Positions 12,880-25,660 of a DNA stretch of 64,000 nucleotides are shown in pieces; the first letter of the stretch is position 1, and each line of letters begins with the position of its first letter. The translations under genes and the position numbers were made by a program. The notes beneath the pieces were generated by a model that was not told the DNA's origin, ran no database searches, and saw only the letters and a program-made list of their open reading frames with translations. The stretch spans positions 158,038,001 through 158,102,000 of the forward strand of contig NC_042998.1 in NCBI RefSeq assembly GCF_006345805.1. Reading direction: 5' to 3'. The DNA is from Octopus sinensis. Lineage: Eukaryota.

Positions 12880-13620
12880 ATACTAGTGTACCCAGACAGG
12901 TGATGAAATTATGGATCCCACAACATGCACTAAAATCAGGGACCTCAAATACACGTTATATTTTGGCGCATTCGATATGAAACCTATTCTTGAGTACATC
13001 TGGGTATTGATTCTCAAAATGGTATGCGCTTTTACTTTTCGACTCTGATTCGTTAAAGATCAGCTATTTTATACAGAAATAATATTAATGATAATATTAA
13101 CATATTACATGCTAGTAAATAACCACAGCTTACTAAATAAGTTTACTTCAAAACAAAAGCTTGAACATTATGCAGTAAATTCTCTGGATTCAGCAAAGAA
13201 AGAATACGGCAGGGGCTTTTAATGTCCCTCAGATAAGAGATGTTCAGAATGTTTCATGAATTTAATTGACAAATCCGATATTTGGCATGTGGTTATTTTA
13301 TTTTCAAATCCTTAAAAACGTTTTTAACAGATATGCAGACATGAACTCTAAATTAGTGGAAGACCTGCTTTCCAATTTTGGTAATCTTAACTGTAGCATG
13401 AGCATCAAGCTCTATTATCTCCATAATCAACCAGATTGCTATCCAGAAAAGCATGATAATTTTAGTAAAAAGCGAGAAAAGGATTCCAGTCGGTGTATAA
13501 AAGCAATGAAAGAGAAGTAGAAATACAAGGGAAAGCGCGGTGCACACTCGAGATAATATGACAGGAAACTTCACTGCTAGAGTTCTGATAAACCTCACTC
13601 TAGAAAGATGTATGAACTAA
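12880..13620 (+). mobile_element. DNA transposon remnant, probably Chapaev/CMC-like
   Basis: ORF 13266-13520 NCSMSIKLYYLHNQPDCYPEKHDNFS resembles the CNMSLKIHFLHSHLDFFPENLGAVSDEHGERFHQ transposase segment. Family assignment is from memory. Confidence 0.5.
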
Positions 13621-14169
13621 GATATTCAAGAATATTGTGTACCTTTTATACTAATTTTTTTTAGTTACAATGACAGTAGATCGTACTGCAATGCACTCAA
13701 GTTCAGCAGATGGGATAAACTGGTTTAGTTATATGTGGTTGATTTTTCTTTTACATTTAATTAATAATAGCCAACAGAGGAAAATGAATGGCAATTTTGG
13801 AATCAGTGCTCCAAATGTATATGAAAATAAGTTTAACCCCTAAGGTACCAAAATGAAAGATACTTCTAATTTTCGTGCACCACATGATACATTATATATA
13901 AAAGGATATGATGTATTTCCAAAATATTTGGTTGAAAAACGCACCTCTATTACACTTAAGAATAGACCTTACTTTCAACACAGTCGAATTTTCCTTCGTC
14001 ATTGTCATTTATTCATGTTCAACTCTCTATATGTGCTCTCTAATAATTTATTTAAAGAATTCTAAAACTATATTTTAACGAAGAATACTAATTAAATAAA
14101 ACCTAGCAACAAAAAGTGAAAACTTTTAGTTTATACTTCGATTAAACACTATACTGAATATTCTTTTCT

Positions 14170-14536
14170 ACGCTAGGCACAAGATCCGAAATTTTGGGGG
14201 AGGGGTCCAGTCGATTAGATCGACCCCAGTATTCAACTGGTACTTAATATATCGATCTTGAAAAGATGAAAGGCAAGGTCGACCTCGGCGAAATTTGAAC
14301 TCAGAACGTAAAGACAGACGAAATACCTTTTTCTTTACTGCCCACAAGGAGCTACACACAGAGTGGACAAACAAGGACAGAAAACAGATTAAGTCAATTA
14401 TATCGTCCCTGGTGCGTGACTGGTACTTATTTAATTGATCCCGACCTCGGCGGAATTTGAACTCAGAATGTAGCGACAGACAAAATACTGCTAAGCATTT
14501 CGCCCGGCGTGCTAACGTTTCTGCCAGCTCGCCGCC
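14170..14536 (-). mobile_element. Two adjacent tRNA-derived SINE family-1 copies
   Basis: Near-complete copy at 14328-14536 and a partial copy at 14170-14326. Both are reverse complements of the 18383-18610 copy. Confidence 0.85.
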
Positions 14537-14704
14537 TTACAGGAATCCTCATTTCGTTTACACCTGAGACTCCCTCTGATAAACTAGCGTTTAATTAGGT
14601 TTAGTTTCGAAACTATAATAGTTTTTTTGTTTGTTTAATCAGTAACTAATTAAATAGAAAGAGAAAGATATAAAAATAAATTTGTATGAGGGACAGAGAA
14701 AGAT

Positions 14705-14740
<36 letters not shown>

Positions 14741-14885
14741 TGTGTGATAAAGATAAAAGAGAGAGGAAACGATAGAAAAAAATGTTATTCTTCATTAGAA
14801 GTTATAAACAACTTGATTATTGCAATTTATTATCAAATTAATTGTCCAACATCACATCCTTAACTTGAATATTTTTCTCTTTAAG

Positions 14886-15219
14886 GCAAGGCGAGGTCGA
14901 ATGTCCTTTTCTCTGGATTATCCAAAGATCAAAAAAGAATGCTTTTCAAAATGGGTATACGTTCAGCCTCGGCCTTGAAGAATATCGTTCTGTTCTTTTT
15001 TCATGGCGTCGGTGGAAGTTCCGATATTTGGCAGACACAAATCAGTTATTTCTCCAGCCTCGGTTTCGAAATTGTGGCTCCTGATCTAATCGGTCATGGT
15101 ATGAGTGAAATTCCATTAAAAAAGAGAGCTTACCATTTCCGAGAGATTTTGGCCGATGTCCTTGCAATTTTTGACAGATACTGCAAGAAGAAAAATTTAA
15201 TCATCGGACATTCATATGG
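14886..15219 (+). CDS. ABHD8: ABHD8-like alpha/beta hydrolase, coding exon 2
   Basis: Acceptor tttctctttaAG (14884-14885). Encodes LFFFHGVGGSSDIW (oxyanion region), APDLIGHG and IIGHSYG (GxSxG nucleophile elbow). Phase-2 donor GG|GTAAGT at 15220. Confidence 0.93.
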
Positions 15220-16586
15220 GTAAGTAAAGACTATTTCAAATATTTGGCGACAATATGTTGAGAATACAAAAAAGCAATATAATAATTTTGGAAAGGTTTT
15301 AATGCTCATCGACACAAAACATTTTAAGCAACATTCCAGAGCATCTAATAAGATTTTTATTCTAATATGTTGTATATGTATTTTTCACTCATAATGTAAT
15401 GTTTTATACAAGAACTACTTATCAGTCTAACTTCATTTAATTTTTCAGGAAAAAATACGGTAAAAATTGTTCTCTTTATCAAGTAATATATTTTCAAATT
15501 TAATATTCTCTTTTAAATTACTTTGAGGAAAAGAGACAGGAACCACGATCTTTGGGGAATTTACTATATTTGCAATATTACCGTTGCATATTTTAAATCT
15601 TTTAGAATGTATCAGAATAACATTGCCAAACATCAGAAGATATAAAGGGAGCATTTCACATATCGTTATTTTGAGAATATTATATTTATGTAACCACTTC
15701 AATATTCCCAGCATTTCTGCACTCAAGAAGTTATATATGTGTACTTTTGTTAACATAATGTCTTAAATAATCGAACCATTTGAGTATAATACAAACATAC
15801 AATGAATTATTGGACTACAGCCTGTCATCTGCAATTTACGAAGTCTTTTAGTGACTCGGACATTCAAGTTTCAAGAGTCGATAACAATTGTTTCATTAAC
15901 AAGGAGTAGATAATTTAATTGACGTGTTACTCCGTCTTTGCTCAAGAAACGCTAACTGCGATAGCCTATTATCCTACGCATTGGTGACATTAACCTTTCA
16001 TCCGCTTAACATTTCTGAAACCGGAGATAAATATGATCTGTGGATCATTGCGATTTGAAAACGGATTACCATAGCAAAGCTAATTATCATTATGTCAATC
16101 ATGTATCACAGAAGGCCAAGAAAACAACGATAAATTATTTCGTTACTCCTTATTTACACTCCTGCTTGACAGTTGTACTCTGAGAGACAGAGAGAGAAGA
16201 GAGAGAAAGAGAACTTGTGCTTTAACAAAGTGTGTGTGTGGGGGGGATATATTTAACAAGCAATATATTAATACATATTAATTTGCTTATAAACAAAAAA
16301 GCATCAAGCAACACTGATGTAAAAAATAAAATCATAGCATCTGCGCTGTGACGATTATTGTTTTGCATAAGCCTCATAAATCTAGGCTAGAAATTGTTTG
16401 CATAACCGTGCAGTGTTGGTCATGCTAATAGCTAAACCGATTTGTAACCAATTCACTCTCATCCCTTGGCTACTGAAAGCCCTATGGTTTAACCCCAGAG
16501 GAACAGTATTCACACTTATGTATGAAATGCACACATCAACTATAGGCACACCCACTTTACACACACGCATACATAAATACATACAT

Positions 16587-16654
<68 letters not shown>

Positions 16655-16750
16655 CGGATGTGTATAGCTGTGTATAGAATATATATTACTGAAAGAAATT
16701 CCAACTTCGATTTTCACGTTTTACTTACAATCTTATGGATAATATAATAT

Positions 16751-18056
16751 AACTAGAAAATCACTCGGAGAGCACAGCCCTCTGCCAAGCACCTCATTTT
16801 CTTCCTTCCAGACTTATCGCGACCATCGCCATCATCAACACTGTATCTGCTTTCACCACAATCACCGTCAAAACTACGATTACCACAATCAGTTTCTTCA
16901 CACATCTGAAAATCCATTATCCGATAATCATGGGCCCGAGATTGTTGCAGATTTTTTATTTTTCTAATTTCAGAGTGCTTTATTAAGAAAGAAACAAAAT
17001 TGCATCTACGAAACGGAACAGTTTGAGGATAGAAGCTAGGTCTAAACACAATAGCTTATAGACATACTCTGAATGTAGTTCTATATAAACCTTTAATATT
17101 TTTTTATACTTCAGACCATCAAAATGTTATGATATCAGCCTATACTCACGTTGTCATGCTTTGATTAAAAGGTTACAGCATAGATTAGACTACTTAGATA
17201 AGTTTCGGCCGAAGATAACTCAGGTCATGTCAAATTTAATAGCACCACCTGGAAGAGATACACAGTAAGCTCTGGGGAATCGTAGCCTATTCAAGCAGAG
17301 GGCTATGTTTTTCAGAGACATATCTGGGTGGGTGTGGTTTATCTGGTATTTGTTGGGGGTTATCATCTAAGGATTGTTTGAATGCCGTGAAGTCACTTTC
17401 CTCCTTTATGTGTGTCTGGCACAATGTTGAAGACAGCAGGGCCAATTGAGGTGAAATAGTTCTGTCATAGTGTTGTGATACGACACGAGTATTTCTGTAG
17501 TGGACGGATGGCACGGGGGCCAAGCCTCGGACGAATTTTAAAGATGGGCAATGTTGATGGAATATTTTTCACATCATACAGATAATATAGAGCTCACAGC
17601 GGCGGTGGAGGGAGCAAAGCCTGAGCTTTTTGAATCGATCACAATAGTCAAAGTTTGTCATGTCCTCCTCCACAGACCTTCACCAAACCGCTCATTTCAA
17701 GATAGATACGCGAGTAAAATTACTAATAGAGAAACGAAAATAAACTTTGGAAAGAGCAACGCCACCATAGGTTACGTGGAAGCGACGAACGTGTTTTCAA
17801 GGGAGATAATCAAAGAACGTAATATTGTAATACTTCATGTAATGTAAATATAACAGATGAAAAATCCTTCAAGAATCCATAAAAATTCCCGGATCACTAC
17901 CAAAACTTCATCATCTGTTACTTGTGTCATTTCCAACTTTTCCTGCAAGTTCCATCAAATACCGTTCACAAGTGTTTGAGTTATTTTGCACACAGACGGA
18001 CAGGCGGACAAACCAGCGCCGATGAAAACATAACCACCTTCCTTGGCGGAGATAAT
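16751..18056 (+). mobile_element. Non-autonomous Helentron/HINE-like element with an inserted LINE fragment
   Basis: Starts AACTAGAAAATCACTCGGAGAGC. Subterminal inverted repeats CTCTGCCAAG (16780-16789) and CTTGGCGGAG (18042-18051) differ by 1 mismatch. The 3' end reads cataacc...ttggcggagataa. Confidence 0.55.
17190..17550 (-). mobile_element. CR1/L2-group LINE 3' fragment
   Basis: Frameshifted NYFTSIGPAVFNIVP..IKEESDFTAFKQSLD..QQIPDKPHPP, a typical LINE RT C-terminal tail. Confidence 0.5.
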
Positions 18057-18382
18057 GAAATGATAGAATATTAGATGTCCATTCTGATTGGACTAGTACT
18101 TTCATGCATTAAACTATGTAATCTTGAGGTTTATATAATAGTAGTGACAGATATATTTTAAAATTTACAACTGTAGTGAGATGGCTGAACTGTGTGCCTT
18201 AAATACATTGTATAGGCTCCAGAAGCTTAAGTTCTGCAAACTGTATTCAGACCAATCAGTATGTCGCTTTACTAAATTACTGAAGTTGATTGGTGTTTGG
18301 TTTAGGCGTCACGGTTTGTTGAACATGTCAAGAGACCTGTTTTTTTACTTTGGTCGAAGCAGTAATCGTTTTGCTATTTTTA

Positions 18383-18610
18383 GGCGAACTGGCAGAAACG
18401 TTAGCACGCCGGGTGAAATGCGTAGCCGTATTTCGTCTGCCGTTACGTTCTGGGTTCAAATTCCGCCGAGGTCGACTTTGCCTTTCATCCTTTCGGGGTC
18501 GATAAATTAAGTACCAGTTACGCACTGGGGTCGATGTAATCGACTTAATCCGTTTGTCTGTCCTTGTTTGTCCCCTCTGTGTTTAGCCCCTTGTGGGTAG
18601 TAAAGAAATA
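18383..18610 (+). mobile_element. tRNA-derived SINE, family 1 (near full length)
   Basis: A-box-like TGGCAGAAACGTTAG and B-box-like GGGTTCAAATTCC, with tail ...gtgggtagtaaagaaata. Nearly identical to 54110-54340. Confidence 0.88.
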
Positions 18611-19960
18611 TATTTATAGAAATGTTGTAAGCAATATTTCCCAGGGATTTTTACATTTCAATTATCGTCATCACCATTATCATCACTTGTATTATTGTTG
18701 TTGGTGGTGGTATGGGTCGCTGTGGTAATAGAACTTTAAACCCTAAATAAGATTATTTTTACTGACTCTTCTCTTGACCTAACTGGTATTTTCCTACTAT
18801 CGTCATCATGGACACCTTTAGTATTGTTGTTGATGTTAGTGATAGTGGTCGTAGCAGTATAAATAGTACTTCTAAATATTAGTATTATTGTTTATTTAGT
18901 GAAAACGAAAGCTCCAAATAACAGTTAAAGATTAAGTCAGAGGCTTGAGTGGTGGGTTCAATATTTGTTTTCAATGATTTGTGGAGCCATTTCATAAGTA
19001 GTAAAATCAAGAGATAAGGACTTCTAGGGAAATCCTCCAATCACTGAAAGAAATAACTAAAACCAGTCGGAAGATGTCATGCTAACGACCGTTGTAACAA
19101 CAGGGTTTTAATATGACTTCAAGAATATTTATCAGATACACTCGTAGGTGTATTTTTCATACGTAACGTAGTAGACCAAATACCCTGATATTATAAAGCT
19201 GTTGACGGAGAAGCCCTATTTGAAGCTACACCAGAAATTCGGGCTTCTGGCTATCAGCCGGAAGCAGATCCAAAATCTGAGGTTATCCTGAATCCTCAAC
19301 AAAATTGCTTTAGGCTAAAAACCAAGCGAGACAAGCATTGATCATCCTAAATAGGAAAGAAAACTTAAGGCTTCTATAGTTATCCAAAAGGAGCACGAGG
19401 AGATAAACAATTTGTAAGTCCATTTACCCAGAACCTGAGATCATTACTCACAATGTACAATGGGTTACGAACACAAAATGGATAGCTAAGTCATACGAGT
19501 ATCTCATCTTTCTGTTAATTTACAATAGGATTAGCATAATGTGTACCAACATGCATAGATTGAAGTGTATTTAAACATAGACTATAACTCTGCAATATAT
19601 ATATATACGAATATAACCAACCTGTTTAGGACAATACATAATATACAGAACCTAAACATTTTAAGGGTGAATAATTTAACGAAGGAATTATTCCAGTTAT
19701 CTTCATTATCTTTACTTTCCTACTTAACCACAGCAGAAAAGAGATGATCAGTCAAAATAAGTATTGAAACTCCAATGAGAAAGAGAGTATATACACATGT
19801 GCCAACGTACTCTCATATATTTGCCTCTCGAGAGATACGTTAAACAATGGATACAAATAAAGAAAGCTGAAAGTTTATGAAGTCCTTATGCATTTTCATT
19901 TTTAACTTGCTTAAAATTATTTGTAATATTTTATGTATTATTTCTAATTATCTCTTTTAG

Positions 19961-20128
19961 ATGTGCTTTCACCACGGTACTGGCTCGTGAACGAGCCAGG
20001 CGTGTCTGGAGGCTTATCATGATAAGTGGTGGTGGACCGATTCCTCTAGCACCAGAAATTGGGATTTTTGCCCTGCCTTTATGGATTGTTTCCTGTATCC
20101 GACCATGCTTGGACCAGGTCTTTGAAAA
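19961..20128 (+). CDS. ABHD8: ABHD8-like alpha/beta hydrolase, coding exon 3
   Basis: Acceptor tctcttttAG (19959-19960). GG+A completes Gly, then CAFTTVLARERARRVWRLIMISGGGPIPLAPEIGIFALPLWIVSCIRPCLDQVFE (ABHD8-type IMIxGGGP motif). Donor AA|GTGAGT at 20129. Missing from the ORF track because it has no start codon. Confidence 0.9.
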
Positions 20129-20615
20129 GTGAGTCCAAATCTTTTAAATTACTTTTAATTATCTTTTTTTTTTAATATATTATTCTCCACATTTAACCTC
20201 TTATTTATATGACACCGAATGTCGATTGAAGATTCAATAGAAACGTAAAGTAGAAGTAAATATTAATAACTTATTCTACACTTTTGTCGGTTATAAAACA
20301 CTTTTTAAAAATTGATTCTCTTTCATATGAATTTTCTTCTTCCCTAATTTTCTACAATATATGCTTATCAGAGCCTTTATACCTACCAATTTAGCTGAAT
20401 TCTAGTTCGTATAAATAATAGCTATCATTCTGTGGACAGAAGATGGCAATTCTTTAACACATAAATGTATAAGAAGACAGAACACTAGTCAGATATATCT
20501 CAATTTCATATTTGACTTATTTCAGTCATTAGTATAAGGATATGCTGGGGCAGGTCTTTGAAGGGTTTTAGTCGAACGATGGGACCCCAGTATCTATATG
20601 TTAAACCTCGTACTT

Positions 20616-21454
20616 ATTTTATCTTCGTTAAAATAAAAAGATATATAGCCACCATAACATGTACACATACTTTTGCATATACAAATTCGCGTAGATATAC
20701 ATACATGCATATATATGAGTGTGTGTGTTGTGTGAGTGTTTGTGTGTGGGTGTTGTGGGTGTGTTTGTGTGCGTTGTGTATGTATGTAAGCGTGAGTTTG
20801 TATGTTCGTATGTGTGTATGAATGCATACATGCATCTATGTATGTATAAAATGTAAGGTGTACCATTTTAAATAAAGATAAATTTTAGCTTCGTGCTGAA
20901 AAGTAAACAAAATTATTATACTATAACTTCTCTTAACTAGTTTCGGAAGCCCCACTCGGAAGAATAATACCCCTCTTCTGTACACAATGAGATTATTAAC
21001 TTGAACAAGGACTCGATTTAATAGTCAGTTTAATTTACATGCGCTCTCAAGAGCATTTAACGACATATTGAGGATTTTATGAAAAGATTTTATCTTCGTT
21101 AAAATAAAAAGATATACTTTACTTTTCATAAAATCCTCAATATGTCGTTAAATGCTCTTGAGAGCGCATGTAAATTAAACTGACTATTAAATCGAGTCCT
21201 TGTTCAAGTTAATAATCTCATTGTGTACAGAAGAGGGGTATTATTCTTCCGAGTGGGGCTTCCGAAACTAGTTAAGAGAAGTTATAGTATGATAATTTTG
21301 TTTACTTTTCAGCACGAAGCTAAAATTTATCTTTATTTAAAATGGTACACCTTACATTTTATACATACATAGATGCATGTATGCATTCATACACACATAC
21401 GAACATACAAACTCACGCTTACATACATACACAACGCACACAAACACACCCACA

Positions 21455-21489
<35 letters not shown>

Positions 21490-21568
21490 CACACTCATAT
21501 ATATGCATGTATGTATATCTACGCGAATTTGTATATGCAAAAGTATGTGTACATGTTATCGTGGCTAT
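20616..21568. repeat. Inverted duplication (arms ~20645-21086 and 21122-21568) with a 30-bp direct repeat
   Basis: The arms are near-perfect reverse complements. ATTTTATCTTCGTTAAAATAAAAAGATATA occurs at 20616-20645 and at 21087-21116. Confidence 0.95.
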
Positions 21569-22599
21569 GTGGCTATATGTGGTATTGCTTTGGCAATGCA
21601 TACAGTAAAATTGGAACGATGCAGAAATGTGGCTATATGTGTTTGTATGTATCTATGCATGGATGCATATGTGTATATATACAGGGTCTTGAGTATGTGC
21701 ACATGTGTATGTATAAGTATGTGTACATGTTAATGTGGCTACATATGCATGTATGTGTGCGTGTGTATGTGTGTGTGTAATGAGTGAGTTTTGTTTTAAT
21801 TTTCTGCAGCGCACTGCCAAATTGTTTTATCCGATAACTAGTTTCGAAGGGCAGTGAACCGCAATTTGTCACTTTATAATTTGATATTTTAGTCTTGAAT
21901 TCCCCTTTTCAAAATAACAGGTTTCATGGCCTAAGCCAACAACGTGTTAAACATAGAAACACTAGCTCGCCAGATAATTTTCAGACACATCATTAACGTC
22001 AGTTATACACAGATAGAAAGAACAGAAATATCGACTTATTGGCAGAGGCATACATACTTCCATACACACAAACACACGTACTTACATAATACAAATATGC
22101 ATACATACTTTGTCAAACAGCCATGGTGGTAACTGTATAAAGAAGACAAAGAGAAGTGAACAAACAAATAGTAAAATAGATGGAACAGTGGGGAGGCAAT
22201 GATAGAGATAAAAGCAAATTCTGCAATAAAAGTGAATACACAGTTCGTTCGATGAAATAAAATTAGTCACAAAACAGGCAATAACAGATTAATTATACAT
22301 AAAAATTGTTGTTTAAATAACTATCGTCTTTGTTTGGATTTTAAAACAATAGGATGTTCGACACAAACCAATAATTTTATTCTCTTTCATTCTTCAATGC
22401 TAGAAAGTTATTTCAGGGGTTCAGAATATGAGGTAAATTATTAATAATAGACATAGCCATAGCAAGTGTATGTAATGCATTACAGAAGCGAGCTGAAAAG
22501 CTACGTAATTACACCAATTTATCTTTTGAATGAAGTAACTTAAAGAATCTGCTCGTTGTCCCATTTATAATTGGTCTACACAGCTATTTTTGTTATGTG

Positions 22600-24150
22600 T
22601 TTTATAGGTAATCTTCATTGATTATCTATAAGATGCATCCCAGAAGATGATAATATGTACTTGTATATTTACTTTGCCCACTGAGCAAGTGCCATTGTAC
22701 ATTATGGAGCTACCCACTAATGATGGCGACTCTGTCAAAACCTTCCAAATCATTACTGATCAAAATATATTAGAGTCCCACCGAAACAAATTCGTTATCA
22801 AGCCTCTCCATTATGTATCGCAGGAGGTGGAGTTTGCATATTTACGCTTCACTAACCAGTCTACTGATAACAAGCGCCAGTTTTGATCAAAATATTCAAT
22901 TCTCCTCCAGATCAAAATTGTCCGCATCGTCCGCCCTTTCGGCGTTCTTTCTTGGCAGCTTTACTCCATAACAGCTAACAGCACTAGAAATTCTTCCGTT
23001 CAGCTCCCAGTGGTGCTAGACGTCTACCATAAGATTGTCAAACAAGGCCGGCATATAGTCGTGTGACTCGAAAAATTACCTGCCAAATTGTATAATTTCC
23101 TTTCCGCGCAACAGCTCATTGCCTCCTGAATCTCATCTGCTGTTATTAACTTTTCAATGACTCTCGTGCTTTTTCCCGAGGGTAGACTTTTCCGAACGTG
23201 TTTTAATGCACAAGCCTTAGCTTTGATATTGCAGCAGTAGAGTTTTGAGTAAAAAAATAGTCGAGAACCATTCTCGCAGCTAGTACGTTGGTCGCAATAC
23301 CTTCATTCATCGTTTCTTCATGATTGTTAACAATATCTCTTCCAGTATAATCGTCTCTTTTGTTAATTTTTTGCTAATTCCTATCTATTTTGTTGTTATC
23401 ATCCTCTTCAGTGCACTGCGAGACTAGTTATGAACGATTGCCCTCGATTAATTCAGTCATTAATCCGGTCCATACTGTGTTTGTGTACAGGTAAAGATGC
23501 GTCCAGCTTCCAGTATCTGGATCCCTCTCTACTGGTTTTCGACTCTGCATGTCACAAATTTGCAGTCTGTGCAGCCGACTGACTGCGTTGAACAGTTGAC
23601 AACTTACACTATTCTAATCTACTGGAGTAACGAAATCTCTAAATACGAACTGGATGACCAATATCAGTTACTCCGTGTCTACGCTGGCACATTCAGAAAA
23701 TCCGCTCGATATCTGTCTGACAGTTTAAAATCTACTGAGTGTGTTATGCTTCTGTACCCTCCTATGTGCAAGCTCAGCATAATATCGTTCTGCATCCAAA
23801 ATGCATTTCCGATCTTTCTTTTTTTATAAGAAATAAGGCAAACCTCTGAAGAAATAGGACCGTTCTGCTCTTGTTGGGGTATAGACGACAGCTAGTCTGA
23901 AAGCACCACCTTCACTACCACTCATGTTGAAGACCATCACCTTAACGTCCAAATCCGGTAAGAATTTAAGTATTTTCTGAGTAACGCTGCCACTCTGCTA
24001 CTCGACCCCGAAAGACTGCGACATATTCATAAAAAATATGCGTGACGGAGTGTATTCTCCAGATATCTTGCTCTCATTAATGGCTACAATATCTGTGTCA
24101 AGTTACTTGAGATCGTTGAGTAAATATATTTAGTTCGAAGCCGTTCTCAG
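22600..24150 (-). mobile_element. Highly decayed APE-RT LINE (RTE-like)
   Basis: The minus strand gives remnants such as GVKLPRKNAERADD (K..KA.G.DG-like) and an end-of-endonuclease-like segment, with many stops. Confidence 0.45.
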
Positions 24151-24340
24151 ATTACCTAGATTATTTTAGCCCACTCTAAGAGAAGTTAGAAAAGAATAGT
24201 GCAGATGGCACTCCCCTTGGCCTGTGAGATTTCCTTGTGATCTAGTGTCGTTAGCTGAATAAGAAATAGTGAAAGGCCTAGATTTGTCTGTCCGGTTTTA
24301 CCTAAGAGCCCAAAGTCTGTATTATACTTTTTAAAGGTCA

Positions 24341-24735
24341 GGCGTAGCTGTGTGGTAAGAAGCTTGCTTCCCAACCACATGATTCCGGGTTCAGTCCAAC
24401 TGCGTGACACCTTGGGCTAGTGTCTTCTACTATAGCTTCTGGCCGACCAAAGCCTTGTGAGTGGGTTTGGTAGCGGGAAACTGAAAGAAGTCTGTAGTAT
24501 ATGTATATGTATATATTTGTGTGTTCGTGTCTGTGTTTGTTCCTCCACCATCGCTTGACAACTGATCTTGGTGTGTTTACATCCCCGTAACTTAGCGGTT
24601 CGGCAAAAAGACCGATAGGATAAGTGCCAGGCTTACAAAGAATATCCAGGACTCAATTTCTTCGACTAACAGGCTGTCCTCCAACATAGCCACTGTAAAA
24701 ATGACTGAAAGAACTAAAAGAATAAAAGAATGAAA
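24341..24735 (+). mobile_element. tRNA-derived SINE, family 2 (CORE-like body)
   Basis: GGCGTAGCTGTGTGGTAAGAAG...GGGTTCAGTCC head and gacaccttgggctagtgtc (CCTTGGGCAAGT-like) core, with an AAGAAT tail. Related copies at 38512-38970 (-) and ~39030-39400 (+). Confidence 0.8.
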
Positions 24736-25444
24736 GAATATGTTTGCGTCAGTTTGAATCAATAGTCTCTTCTGCAAAATTTTGTCAGAAATTCGTTGAA
24801 ACCTGCACCTTTCTGGACTTTCTTTGTGTTTATTGATTGTATTTATGAGTATATTGTGATTGGGCTTACGGTTTACTTGGTGTTAATGAAAGATGGGAGG
24901 ATTTTTTTGTTTTTGTTTTTTCTCTGTCTTTCCTTTTGCGTTTTCTCAGCTGTGCTCTCTCTCGGCCTTGAAACATATTTTTTGTAACTACCTCATATTT
25001 TCATCTACCATACCAGTGTAGAAAGAAAGAGGTAATGATTCTCTGTGTTGGTGGACTTGGAGTGAAAGTTCTCTCAACTGAGAGTTGTAATGGGTTTCCT
25101 GTTTCACGAATTGCGCTACTGGTCTCCGCGCTATGGCTGTTGTTGTTGTTGGGGCTGCTCTTCAGTGTTGCATCTGTTGTTTGGAATGCTACTTCTGCTA
25201 TCAATGCTGCCGCTTTTGTTAGAGTAATTGACGGAATTTATGCTTCTGATACCACGGTTGGTTTTCATTTTGTTTTCGTGAATTATGGGTGTTTCCCTGC
25301 CATGTTGTATTATGACCTGTGGTGGTACCTCATTCAATAAGTTTACGAATTTTGCACTAGGTTTCCGGTTTTAACCTAACCATGATCTCCATCCCAGTCC
25401 CAGACCAATTTTCTTCTCGATTCTCTTGAATATCGAGTTGAATT

Positions 25445-25660
25445 GGTGAGCTGGCAGAATCGTTAGCACGCCGGGCAAAATGCTTAACGGTGTTTGTACG
25501 TCTTTACGTTCTGAGTTCAAATTCTGCACAGGTCGACTTTGCTGTTCATCCTATCGGGGTCCATAAAATAAGTTCCAGTTGAACACTGGGATCGATATAA
25601 TCGACTTAACTGCTCCCCCGAAGTTGCTGGCCTTGTGACAAATTTGGAAATCAATATTAC
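25445..25660 (+). mobile_element. tRNA-derived SINE, family 1
   Basis: gagctggcagaatcgttagcacgccggg...gagttcaaattc...ggtcgactttg head matches family 1. Confidence 0.8.

Noticed and set aside
17195-17230. CCTGAG...GGCCGAAAC on the minus strand
   Set aside because: Lacks the CUGANGA core; it is the 3' UTR of the CR1/L2-like fragment.
25001-25340. Overlapping minus-strand ORFs with Q/N/S-rich sequence
   Set aside because: No recognisable domain or convincing splice pair; may be a decayed repeat.
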